This document shows, piece by piece, positions 10,097 to 18,821 of a stretch of DNA of 64,000 nt. The notes below the pieces were generated by a model. That model was given only the letters and a program-made list of their open reading frames with translations. It was not told where the DNA came from and made no database searches. Source of the stretch: an uncultured Candidatus Binatia bacterium (lineage in GTDB: Bacteria > Desulfobacterota > Binatia > UBA9968 > CAXXLF01). The stretch spans positions 960,001-1,024,000 of the forward strand of contig OZ244621.1 of NCBI GenBank assembly GCA_965218425.1, given 5' to 3'. Positions within the stretch are counted from its first letter, which is position 1. The number at the start of each line of letters is the position of its first letter. The translations under genes were made by a program, and so were the position numbers.

Positions 10097-10987
10097 ATGG
10101 AAAATGACTTGAAAAGTTACTTTGACCCACTGATTTTGGCCCGTCTCTCTAATCTTTACTTAAAGTCGCGTTGGGTCGTGGAAGGAATCATGTCCGGCAT
10201 TCATCGCAGCCGATCCAAAGGCTTCAGCGTGGAGTTTGAAGAACACAGGGAGTACTCTCCTGGAGACGAGATCCGCCGTATCGACTGGAAGGCTCTGGGT
10301 AAATTCGACCGGTTCTTTATTAAAGAGACTGAGGATGAAACGAATCTCAGGGCCTACGTTATATTAGACGTAAGCGCCTCCATGGATTACTCCTCTAACG
10401 GGATTACAAAGTTCGCCTATGGCTGTATCCTTGCCGCCTCCCTGGCCCATCTCATTATCAAGCAACAAGACGCCGCCGGTCTCGTGACCTTTTCCGACCG
10501 CATCGAATCGTTCATCCCCCCCCGAGCCAAAAGAGGCTACCTCATGGAGCTCCTCCGTGCCCTGGAGGGAGTTACACCAGCCGGAGAAACCTCGGTGGGA
10601 AAGATCCTCCAAGAGGTGGCGGGAAAAATGAACCGGCGCGGCCTGGTTATTCTCATTTCAGATCTTCTAGATGAGCCGCAATCCATTCTCGAGGGCCTGC
10701 ATCTGTTTCGCTTTAAAGGAAACGATGTCATTGTGTTTCACTTATTGGATAACGCAGAGCTTGAGTTGCCCTTCGAGGGCAACATCCTGTTCGAAGATAT
10801 GGAAAAGGCGGATCTCAAGGTTACGGCCGATCCCAAGGCTATCCACCGTGTCTACATTAACGTAGTGCAAGAGTTCATCGAACAAATCCGCAAAGACTGC
10901 CGGGAGAGATCCATTGATTATCAGCTCTTATCCACATCAACGCCCCTTGACCACGCCCTGGTGAGCTACCTGAGCTGGAGAGGTTGA
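10097..10987 (+). CDS. DUF58 vWA-domain protein
   Basis: GFSVEFEEHREYSPGDEIRRIDWK, LDVSASM (MIDAS), LISDLLD. Confidence 0.92.
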   Translation: MENDLKSYFDPLILARLSNLYLKSRWVVEGIMSGIHRSRSKGFSVEFEEHREYSPGDEIRRIDWKALGKFDRFFIKETEDETNLRAYVILDVSASMDYSSNGITKFAYGCILAASLAHLIIKQQDAAGLVTFSDRIESFIPPRAKRGYLMELLRALEGVTPAGETSVGKILQEVAGKMNRRGLVILISDLLDEPQSILEGLHLFRFKGNDVIVFHLLDNAELELPFEGNILFEDMEKADLKVTADPKAIHRVYINVVQEFIEQIRKDCRERSIDYQLLSTSTPLDHALVSYLSWRG

Positions 10988-10994
10988 CGGCCGA

Positions 10995-13121
10995 ATGCCT
11001 TTTTATTTCCTTCAACCCGTATTTCTCTATGGTTTGATGGCGGCCTCCATCCCGCTCCTCATCCACCTGTTGAATCGCCGTCGGATGAAGCGGATCCGTT
11101 TCCCCGCAGTCCGCTTTGTTCTCCTCTCACAGCGACGCATCACGCGCAGCTACCGTCTACGTCACTGGCTCATCCTGGCCCTTAGAACCATGGCCATCGC
11201 CCTGCTGGTTTTTCTCCTGGCCCGACCCATATTTCAGAGCGGCGTTGGCCTGTTTGCCAGCGGCGGGGCCAACTCCTCGGCGGTGGTGCTCGACAACTCC
11301 CTGAGCATGAAATGGAGCCAAGACCGACAAGGATTTGAAAAAGCAAAGGAGGCGGCTCGCTTGCTCATCTCATCCATGGGGGAGGGAGATCAGGTTGCCC
11401 TGGTCCCCACCAACGCGGCAAACCCATCGGCCATGGAGCGGATCCGATTCAGGGACAGGCGGGAATCTCTTCTTCGGGAACTGGACGGCATCCAGCTTGC
11501 GGCGGGGACCGCCGATTTCTCTTCGGCCCTGGGAAGAGCCTATGAGCTTTTGCAGTTGCCTGCGGCACAGAAGAGCATTTGGCTGATAACGGACCTGGCA
11601 CTCACTGGATGGGATCGTTTTAATCTCTCATCCCTAGGACAAATCGATCCGTTAATTCCATTGAAAATCATCAGGACCAGGAAGGAAGCGGAGCCCCTCA
11701 ACGCCACCATCCGGGAAGTTAAATTATTAAATCAGGGGCTGGCCGTGGGACTGCCGCTGCGCCTCGAGGCGGAGATCATTAACTTCAGTGACCGGGAGAT
11801 CGAGGATTTGGCGGTGGAACTCAAGCTGGACGACAAGAGCAGAGAGCAAAGGCTGGTCACGTTGGCCCCTAAGGAAGAACTGAGAGTCAATTTCCAGTTC
11901 AAGTTGGCCCAGACCGGAGGCCACCGGGGAGCCGTGTCCCTCAAGAAGGTCGGGGTAACGGGGAACTCAACCATTAATTTCGTGCTGGAGCCCCAGGAAA
12001 AAGTGAAGGTCCTTATCGTGGACGGTGATCCCAAGACCTCTCTGGTCCAAAGCGAGACTTTCTTTCTGAACCGTTCGCTCAACCCCACGGGTGAGCTAGA
12101 CTCATCTCTATTTCTTCCCACGGTAATCATTCCTGAGCGGCTGAAGTCTGTCTCCCTGAAATCCTACCAGGTGCTGATTCTATGCAATTTGCCGGCGATC
12201 CCCGAGGAAAATTTACCGAGACTTACAGAATACCTGCGCGGGGGTGGAGGCTTGCTGATTTTTCTTGGCGACCGTGTCCGAAAAGACGCTTACAACCGAA
12301 AGCTTTACCAGTCCAACACTCCCATCCTGCCCGCCCAGCTTGAGGCCCAAAGGGTTTTGACTCCTGCAAAAGGAGAGACCCTGGCAAAGGTGGATACCAA
12401 CCATCCAATCTTGGAAAGATTTTCCGACGAGATTCTTAGAACCTCCCTCGAGTCCATGAAGATCCACGGTTACTTTCGCACCGGTTCGGCCGACGGAGCC
12501 AGCCTGTTAGCTTTGGCCAACGGTGATCCAATCCTGATGGAAAAACAAATTGGACGCGGACGCGTCCTGCTCTTCACCACCTCTGCCGACCGTGACTGGA
12601 GCGACTTTCCGTTCAAAACCGCCTACCTTCCACTGGTACAATCTTTGGTCACCTACCTGTCCAGAGATCTGAAAGGAACCGCGGATACCGGCATCGCAGC
12701 GGGGTCGGCAAAAACTTTTATTCTTCCGCCCTCCTATGTGGGCAAGAACATGCGCATCGTAAAGCCGGATCTCAGGCAAAGGGAAATCACCATAGGCGCC
12801 AATGGACAAAAGGCCACTGCCTCGTTCAAAGAAAACGACCTTGCCGGCATCTATCAACTGTCCCTGCAGGCCCCCCAAGGTTCAGGCCGCGTTCCTGTAC
12901 CGACGCTTTATGCCGTAAATCCCCCGTTTCTTGAATCGAGACTCAAGGAGATTGGCACGGAGGAGCTTCAAGCGAAGATCAAGCCAATCAATTTTGAGAT
13001 CATTAATCTGGAATCCCTGCAGCAGGGGGGCACCAAAATGGACCTTTCCCTCCCCTTGCTTCTCCTTGTAATGGCGATTCTGGCTACGGAGGGCTGGTTG
13101 TCCCAGCGAGTCCATGAATAG
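10995..13121 (+). CDS. BatA-domain / vWA membrane protein
   Basis: IPLLIHLLNRRR...FPAVRF BatA N-terminus, VLDNSLSM vWA motif, GATase-like region, C-terminal TM. Confidence 0.88.
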   Translation: MPFYFLQPVFLYGLMAASIPLLIHLLNRRRMKRIRFPAVRFVLLSQRRITRSYRLRHWLILALRTMAIALLVFLLARPIFQSGVGLFASGGANSSAVVLDNSLSMKWSQDRQGFEKAKEAARLLISSMGEGDQVALVPTNAANPSAMERIRFRDRRESLLRELDGIQLAAGTADFSSALGRAYELLQLPAAQKSIWLITDLALTGWDRFNLSSLGQIDPLIPLKIIRTRKEAEPLNATIREVKLLNQGLAVGLPLRLEAEIINFSDREIEDLAVELKLDDKSREQRLVTLAPKEELRVNFQFKLAQTGGHRGAVSLKKVGVTGNSTINFVLEPQEKVKVLIVDGDPKTSLVQSETFFLNRSLNPTGELDSSLFLPTVIIPERLKSVSLKSYQVLILCNLPAIPEENLPRLTEYLRGGGGLLIFLGDRVRKDAYNRKLYQSNTPILPAQLEAQRVLTPAKGETLAKVDTNHPILERFSDEILRTSLESMKIHGYFRTGSADGASLLALANGDPILMEKQIGRGRVLLFTTSADRDWSDFPFKTAYLPLVQSLVTYLSRDLKGTADTGIAAGSAKTFILPPSYVGKNMRIVKPDLRQREITIGANGQKATASFKENDLAGIYQLSLQAPQGSGRVPVPTLYAVNPPFLESRLKEIGTEELQAKIKPINFEIINLESLQQGGTKMDLSLPLLLLVMAILATEGWLSQRVHE

Positions 13122-13890
13122 GCGAGAATTTTTTCGAAACCTTTCCTGTGGCCTGCTCATGGCCAATGGACTATCGCCCGGGGCGCTTTTTGCCAGCCAC
13201 CCGAGGGAGGAAGAGCGTTCTGTCCAGTTCGTCTTTGCCCAGGTGAAGTACCGTGGAGGCGATTGGAACCCACGCCCCCTTGCTGTCAATCCCCTCATGC
13301 AGGAACTCATGCGGCGCACCAGTATTGAAGCGTCCACCACGAGTCACGCCGTGAGCCTCACCGATCCGAGCATGTTCTCCTACCCATTCCTCTACATGGC
13401 CGGGAAGTACGACTTTGAGCCCTTTTCTTCAGAGGAGACCGCTGCTCTAAGGCGATTCCTTTCCTATGGAGGATTTCTCCTGGCCGACGACGCTTTGGGC
13501 CAACCCGGCTACGGCTTCGATAAGAGCTTTCGCAGGGAAATCAAAAAGATATTTCCACAGCAGGAGTTCAAACGAATCCCCTCAAGTCACGCGGCCATGC
13601 GCAGCTACTATTTGCTCAAACGAATTGGCGGGAGGAGATTGATCAGCCCGGTTCTGGAGGGCATTACCGTGGGCAACACGACACCGTTGATCTATTCCCA
13701 CAATGACCTTGGGGGCGCCTGGGAAAGGGATCAGTTGGGAAGCTGGGTCTACCCATGCACCCCGGGTGGCGAGCAACAGAGGAAAGATGCCTTTCACGTG
13801 GGCATCAACCTCATCCTCTACGCCATGACGGGAAACTACAAAGAAGACCTGATCCATGCCCCTTTCATTAGGAAGAGGCTGCAAAGGTAG
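13114..13890 (+). CDS. DUF4159 protein with a twin-arginine signal
   Basis: MNRREFFRNL Tat-like leader; YPFLYMAG, LRRFLSYGGFLLADD, NDLGGAW, GINLILYAMT. Overlaps the upstream stop. Confidence 0.88.
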   Translation: MNRREFFRNLSCGLLMANGLSPGALFASHPREEERSVQFVFAQVKYRGGDWNPRPLAVNPLMQELMRRTSIEASTTSHAVSLTDPSMFSYPFLYMAGKYDFEPFSSEETAALRRFLSYGGFLLADDALGQPGYGFDKSFRREIKKIFPQQEFKRIPSSHAAMRSYYLLKRIGGRRLISPVLEGITVGNTTPLIYSHNDLGGAWERDQLGSWVYPCTPGGEQQRKDAFHVGINLILYAMTGNYKEDLIHAPFIRKRLQR

Positions 13891-13932
13891 GTTGACGTAG
13901 AAGGAGCCATGGGCGGACAGGATGATTGAAAC

Positions 13933-16179
13933 ATGGAGAAACTGACATTTTTCGGTGGACTACCCACCTGGGGCCTCATTCTCATTGCCCTGGCGGCATG
14001 TGTTCTCCTGGCCTACCAGTACCGCGGTCTAAGGGAACACTTGAGTCGACGACAAAGCGCCCTGCTGGTTTCTCTCAGGGCAAGCGTCTATGCGCTGCTC
14101 ATCTTATTTCTCGCCAACCCTGTATTTGTGGAGCAGCGAGTGACACGGCTTCGACGGCCCTTGATTCTCCTCTTGGACACTTCCGAAAGCATGAGGTTCC
14201 CGGCCAGCCAACAGGCCAATGGCGGCAAAAGCCGTATCGATATTCTCAAGGAAAAACTCTTGGAGGGAAAAGATCCCCTCATCCAGCGTCTCGCACGGGA
14301 CTATGACTTGCGTTTGTACCAATTCAATACAACCCTGCAACCGTTGGGATTGGAGTCCGTGAGAAATCTCACCGCCCACGGAAAAGGAACCCGACTCCTC
14401 GAGGCCCTGGGAAAAGTGGGACAAGATTCGCCTTCCACCGCAGGCATTATCGTCTTGAGCGACGGGATAGCCAACGGAACCCGAAGCCTGGAAGCGTTCA
14501 GCTCACTTTCCATGCCGGTCTTCACGGTGTCCATAGGAGAGGTGGAGGGCTTTACCGATTTACGCATTGCCAAGCTGCGTATACCCGAATTTGCCTTTCG
14601 AGGCAGGGAAATCAAAATGGATTTCACCATTGAAGCATACGGCCTCGAAGGAAAAGAGGTTCCACTCTACTTTACCCGGGGGAGAAACCTTATTTCGACT
14701 CGTTCCATCACCATCAATGGGGACCCCTTTAAGGAACAGGTGTCGCTGACCTATACGCCCAAGGAGATCGGGCCTCACAGTTTCAGCATAAAACTGCCCT
14801 CCCAGGCAGGAGAGCAGATTACTCAAAACAACGAGAAGGATTTCAAAATCGACGTGCAACGGGACAAGATTCGAGTCCTGAGTCTTTCCGGCTCCCCCTC
14901 GTGGAACTACCGGTTCCTGCGCCTGGCTCTAAAACAAGACCTCTTTATTGACCTTATATCTTTCGTCTTTCTCAGGACTCCCACCGATGCTGTGGATGTG
15001 CCGGAAAATCAACTCAGCCTGATACCGTTCCCCATTGATGAGATCCTACAGGAGCTGGAGAATTTTGATCTGATTGTCTTTGACAATTTCTCCCACCGCT
15101 CCTACTTCAACACCACGTACCTGGAGAAGATCAAGGATTTCGTCAAGGAGGGCGGGGGATTTGCCATGTTGGGAGGGATTCGGTCCTTTGACAGCGGGGG
15201 ATACTTCGACAGTCCCTTCAATGGGCTCTTGCCAGTGGAGCTGGACGGCAAGGGAGGCTATCAGATGAATACCAACTTGCAGGCCGGGCTTGCCGCAGCC
15301 GGAAAAGCCCACCCCGTCACCCGGATCTTCCCTGATCCTCGAGCCAACGAAGAGGCATGGGAAAAGGTCCCCTCTCTGACCACGTTCAACCGAGTCGTGG
15401 GACCCAAAGGGGAGGTGCTCCTTTGGGCTACACGGAACAACGCCAACAGGGGATGGCCCCTTTTAACCGTAGAGAAGTTCGGTAAGGGACGGACTCTGGC
15501 GCTCTTGAGTGATGATCTGTGGCGTTGGAACTTTATCGCCGTCGGGGAGCAGGAAAGCTCACAAATTCACCAGAGGGTGATCCGCCAGGCGGTTCGCTGG
15601 CTCGCCCAGGAATCCCTGTTCGAACAGGTACGAATCGTTTCCATGGAAGGTTCCAAAAGCCCCGGAGAACAGTTGGAGTTCCTCGTGAGAGTCCTAAAAG
15701 ACGATTTCACGCCTGCCCCACAGGGAGCAATTCAGCTTCGGGTTACCGGTCCCGACGGTGAGAAGATCCCACTGGAGGCCGTACCCAGCGGCATCGAAGG
15801 GGAATATACCGCCGCATTCACGCCCACCAAAGAAGGGACTTACGAGCTCTCCGCGGCAGGTGAATTATCGGGAAAGATTTTGGGCGAAGACAAGAAAAAT
15901 TTCATAGTCTCCTTTGCCCGGGCGGAGATCGAAGACGGCAGGCCCCGTGTGGACCTGCTAACCAGGATCGCTGAGATTAGCCGGGGGGACTCCATACCCG
16001 TGTCACAATGGAGCGATAATAGCTGGAGGGAAATCATCGCAAAATTAAAGACCCGCAGCCCTTCTGAGATCGTTGAGCGAACGGAAAATCCCCTGTGGAG
16101 TTCCCCATGGATTCTCGCCCTCATACTTCTACTGCTGGGATTCGAATGGTGGCAACGCAGGAGCTGGGGACTCGTTTAG
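13933..16179 (+). CDS. Membrane protein with vWA and glutamine-amidotransferase-like domains
   Basis: Two N-terminal TMs, LLDTSESM, VLSDG, GSPSWNYRFL, FVKEGGGFAMLGG, C-terminal FEWWQRRSWGL. Confidence 0.82.
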   Translation: MEKLTFFGGLPTWGLILIALAACVLLAYQYRGLREHLSRRQSALLVSLRASVYALLILFLANPVFVEQRVTRLRRPLILLLDTSESMRFPASQQANGGKSRIDILKEKLLEGKDPLIQRLARDYDLRLYQFNTTLQPLGLESVRNLTAHGKGTRLLEALGKVGQDSPSTAGIIVLSDGIANGTRSLEAFSSLSMPVFTVSIGEVEGFTDLRIAKLRIPEFAFRGREIKMDFTIEAYGLEGKEVPLYFTRGRNLISTRSITINGDPFKEQVSLTYTPKEIGPHSFSIKLPSQAGEQITQNNEKDFKIDVQRDKIRVLSLSGSPSWNYRFLRLALKQDLFIDLISFVFLRTPTDAVDVPENQLSLIPFPIDEILQELENFDLIVFDNFSHRSYFNTTYLEKIKDFVKEGGGFAMLGGIRSFDSGGYFDSPFNGLLPVELDGKGGYQMNTNLQAGLAAAGKAHPVTRIFPDPRANEEAWEKVPSLTTFNRVVGPKGEVLLWATRNNANRGWPLLTVEKFGKGRTLALLSDDLWRWNFIAVGEQESSQIHQRVIRQAVRWLAQESLFEQVRIVSMEGSKSPGEQLEFLVRVLKDDFTPAPQGAIQLRVTGPDGEKIPLEAVPSGIEGEYTAAFTPTKEGTYELSAAGELSGKILGEDKKNFIVSFARAEIEDGRPRVDLLTRIAEISRGDSIPVSQWSDNSWREIIAKLKTRSPSEIVERTENPLWSSPWILALILLLLGFEWWQRRSWGLV

Positions 16180-16197
16180 CACGTTAAGGAATGACCT

Positions 16198-16998
16198 ATG
16201 GTCCAAAAACGAATCGGAAGATGGATCCAAATCATGGTGCTTTTGACCGCGGTCCTCCTACTTCCTGCCGGGGGTGAGAGTTATTGCCATGAGATCGAAG
16301 TGACCCGGAGACCCCTTATGAGAGTGGCCATGGGAGGAAGTCCCTCGGTGACCATTCAATGGTTCGGCCACGCCACTTTCCAGATCACTTCTTCTAAAGG
16401 GACACGAATTTTAACCGACCCACATACAAGGGACGATTTGCCATGGCCCACACTCCCGCAGCATATCGTTACCACGAGCCACAACCACGGGCCCCACAGT
16501 AACGTATGGATGGCCGGTGGCGATCCTGTGGTACTGGAGGGGTTAACCTACGAGGACAATTGGAAGAGAATTCATAGGATCGTAAAAGATGTGGCCGTTT
16601 ACAACGTCCCCGCGTACCATGACAAGAGCCATGGTCTTCAAAGGGGGAAGAACAGCATATTCGTCTACCGCGTCGATGACATCTGCATCGCCCACCTGGG
16701 TGACCTCGGGCATATCCTAACCCCTGCCCAGCTTAAGATGCTGGGGAAAATAGACGTCCTCTTGGTGCCGGTAGCCGGGGGAAGATACACCGTCACCCCT
16801 GACGAGGCCAATCAAATAACTAAACTGGTTAAACCTCCCATTGCCATACCGATGCATTACTGGTGGGAAGGCGCCGTGGAGGACTTCACCCGGGGGAAAT
16901 TCCCGGTTAGAACTTTCGCGGGAAGCACTCTCAGAATATCGAAAAAAGGCCTTCCCAAATCCACCCATATTTATGTTCTGGGTTGGGGAGAGGATTGA
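16198..16998 (+). CDS. Exported metallo-beta-lactamase-fold hydrolase (UlaG-like)
   Basis: WFGHATF, ILTDP, SHNHGPH (variant of HxHxDH), HLGDLG, IPMHY. Confidence 0.85.
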   Translation: MVQKRIGRWIQIMVLLTAVLLLPAGGESYCHEIEVTRRPLMRVAMGGSPSVTIQWFGHATFQITSSKGTRILTDPHTRDDLPWPTLPQHIVTTSHNHGPHSNVWMAGGDPVVLEGLTYEDNWKRIHRIVKDVAVYNVPAYHDKSHGLQRGKNSIFVYRVDDICIAHLGDLGHILTPAQLKMLGKIDVLLVPVAGGRYTVTPDEANQITKLVKPPIAIPMHYWWEGAVEDFTRGKFPVRTFAGSTLRISKKGLPKSTHIYVLGWGED

Positions 16999-17013
16999 TC
17001 CCGCCGATAGTCT

Positions 17014-17192
17014 GCGCCAAGACGCAAAGCGAACTCAGCAACGAGTAGCGATCTCTGAGCGGGAATTCAATAAAAAGGGAACGGTTGAGCGTGCGCCCTG
17101 AGCCGTCCCCTTAATGCGTAACACTGGCCTCACGGTTCTCTGCCGGCTGCTTACCGCTATCCGCCCACCCGTTTCCCCTCGTGTCTCGGCGC
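17014..17192. repeat. Imperfect inverted-repeat pair (REP-like palindromic element)
   Basis: GCGCCAAGACGCAAAG (17014-17029) vs CCTCGTGTCTCGGCGC (17177-17192): 12/16 complementary, all differences are transitions. Confidence 0.5.
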
Positions 17193-17324
17193 GAAACATT
17201 CCATTGAAATTGTTCTGTTAAGCTTTCTATCCCAAGGCGTGTTCATTCGCACCATAAATCCACCGGTCCTGTCAAGCCATCAAATAATCTAACCCTAGCC
17301 GGGTTCGTTGCGTCATGACAAAAT

Positions 17325-18614
17325 CTAACCGAACTTCTGTGACATCTGTCGTTTCATCTCCTGTTGCTGGCCCTGCAGTTTCTTGCTAAACGTCCACTCC
17401 CTCCACGGCGTGTGTTTCAGAGGCGGCCTTTCCCGCGGTGCTCTGTCTGAATGGCTGGCCAGCTTGTAGAGCCCCTGAAGTTGCTCATCGATTCGGCCAC
17501 AGAGTTCAAAGGGATCGGTTGTCTTAAGCGTGTGACTGAGGGCTGCCAGCTTTTTGGGATCTCCCTTTCGGGACTCCACCACTCGCTCAAGGGGGCTACG
17601 GGGCATGTCATAGCGGCGAATCAGTCGAGAGCCTTTACGGATTTTACATTGTAGCTTCATCGAGGGCTGGAACAGATTGTGGAAGATCCTAAGCTCATCA
17701 TAGAGTCGGTTGGTAACCTCTAAGGCCTTTGCCGTGTCGTAGCGGTCCCAGCCTATAAGCTTTCTGACATGGGTCCAGTTTTTCTGCTCGATGTGGGCGT
17801 TGTCGTCCTTTTTGTAGGGGCGTGAGCGGGTGAACTGGATGACGCGGCCAGATGGGCGTTGTTGACACAAGGTAAGAAGTTGGTTGTTGATGAACTCGCT
17901 GCCGTTGTCGGAGTCGATCCCCTTGAGGGGGAAAGGAAGTTGGTGTTCGATCTCGGTGACCGCATTCAAGATACCGAGGCTGCCCTTACCCATGACAGCC
18001 TTGCGCTGTACCCAGCAGGTGGTAATGTCCACGCAGTCCAGGCTATGAATAAACTCCCCAACCGCTGAGGCCCCTGAGTGTAACACCAGGTCAATCTCCA
18101 GATAGCCCGGAGTGTTCACGTCCCAATGATCGGTCTTGATGGGAATCATCTGCTTTAGCAGTGATCCGGGCCGGGTGGTGCCATAGACTCGCCGTTTCGC
18201 CCTGTGCTTGGTTGCCCTCAGGCGCCGATCCATCTGACGGGCACTGATAGCCAATAGCTGGATCTCTAACGGTTGGCTCAGCTCGAAGTGTTGCCTTATC
18301 CAGGGCAGCCAGTGCACCAGGGCGGCCTTCAGACGTTGGGAGCACAGATACCCCGAGGCCTCCCACACCTTTGCCAAAATCCTTACCATCGCCTGACTGT
18401 ATGCAGGCGAGCGAGATACACTTCGTTTGCGTACGGCTACTTCGGGCACAGGGCGGTTTAACAGCCAGATGGCATATTTACGGTTGTAGCCGCAAACCTT
18501 GCAGAATTGCTCCAGGATCATCCCCTTCTCCGCCCGTGGTGCGTGCTGGTAGCGGTCATAGATGGATCGTAAATACTCCCGCTTGGATCGTCGTGCCATG
18601 ATGAATCCTTCCAT
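17325..18614 (-). CDS. DDE transposase (rve/integrase core)
   Basis: YLEIDLV, GIDSDNGSEFIN and FTRSRPYKKDDNAHIEQKNW provide the DDE triad; N-terminal HTH-like GYNRKYAIWLL; RBS AAGGAGG. Confidence 0.92.
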   Translation of the reverse strand: MEGFIMARRSKREYLRSIYDRYQHAPRAEKGMILEQFCKVCGYNRKYAIWLLNRPVPEVAVRKRSVSRSPAYSQAMVRILAKVWEASGYLCSQRLKAALVHWLPWIRQHFELSQPLEIQLLAISARQMDRRLRATKHRAKRRVYGTTRPGSLLKQMIPIKTDHWDVNTPGYLEIDLVLHSGASAVGEFIHSLDCVDITTCWVQRKAVMGKGSLGILNAVTEIEHQLPFPLKGIDSDNGSEFINNQLLTLCQQRPSGRVIQFTRSRPYKKDDNAHIEQKNWTHVRKLIGWDRYDTAKALEVTNRLYDELRIFHNLFQPSMKLQCKIRKGSRLIRRYDMPRSPLERVVESRKGDPKKLAALSHTLKTTDPFELCGRIDEQLQGLYKLASHSDRAPRERPPLKHTPWREWTFSKKLQGQQQEMKRQMSQKFG

Positions 18615-18683
18615 GGTTGCCCTCCTTGAGCCCTAAAATGAGCCCTTGGAGGGTTAGAATTACAAATGGCGCAATACGAGGGT

Positions 18684-18713
18684 TTGACAGGGCAGTGAAC
18701 GATCGGATATGCT
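18684..18713 (+). promoter_or_regulatory. Sigma70-like promoter reading out of the IS end toward the MFS gene
   Basis: TTGACA (18684-18689) - 18 nt - TATGCT (18708-18713). Confidence 0.45.
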
Positions 18714-18821
18714 TGCCCGGCTTGACAGTCCGAACCAGTGCTCCATGGGCTACACGAGGAGAGCGCTCAAAGGGGCTGGCACCGACCATCTGAAAATTTT
18801 TGTTTAGCCCTGGAGGTTACC

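Larger units (their letters stand above)
17270..18727 (-). mobile_element. Insertion sequence (integrase-core DDE type; ISNCY/ISLbi1-like)
   Basis: Perfect 9-bp terminal IR TGTCAAGCC (17270-17278) / GGCTTGACA (18719-18727), flanked by GTCC direct repeats (17266-17269, 18728-18731). Subterminal IR CGTTGCGTCATGACAAAATCTAACC (17306-17330) vs GGTTAGAATTACAAATGGCGCAATA (18652-18676). An alternative right end is at 18689. Confidence 0.8.
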
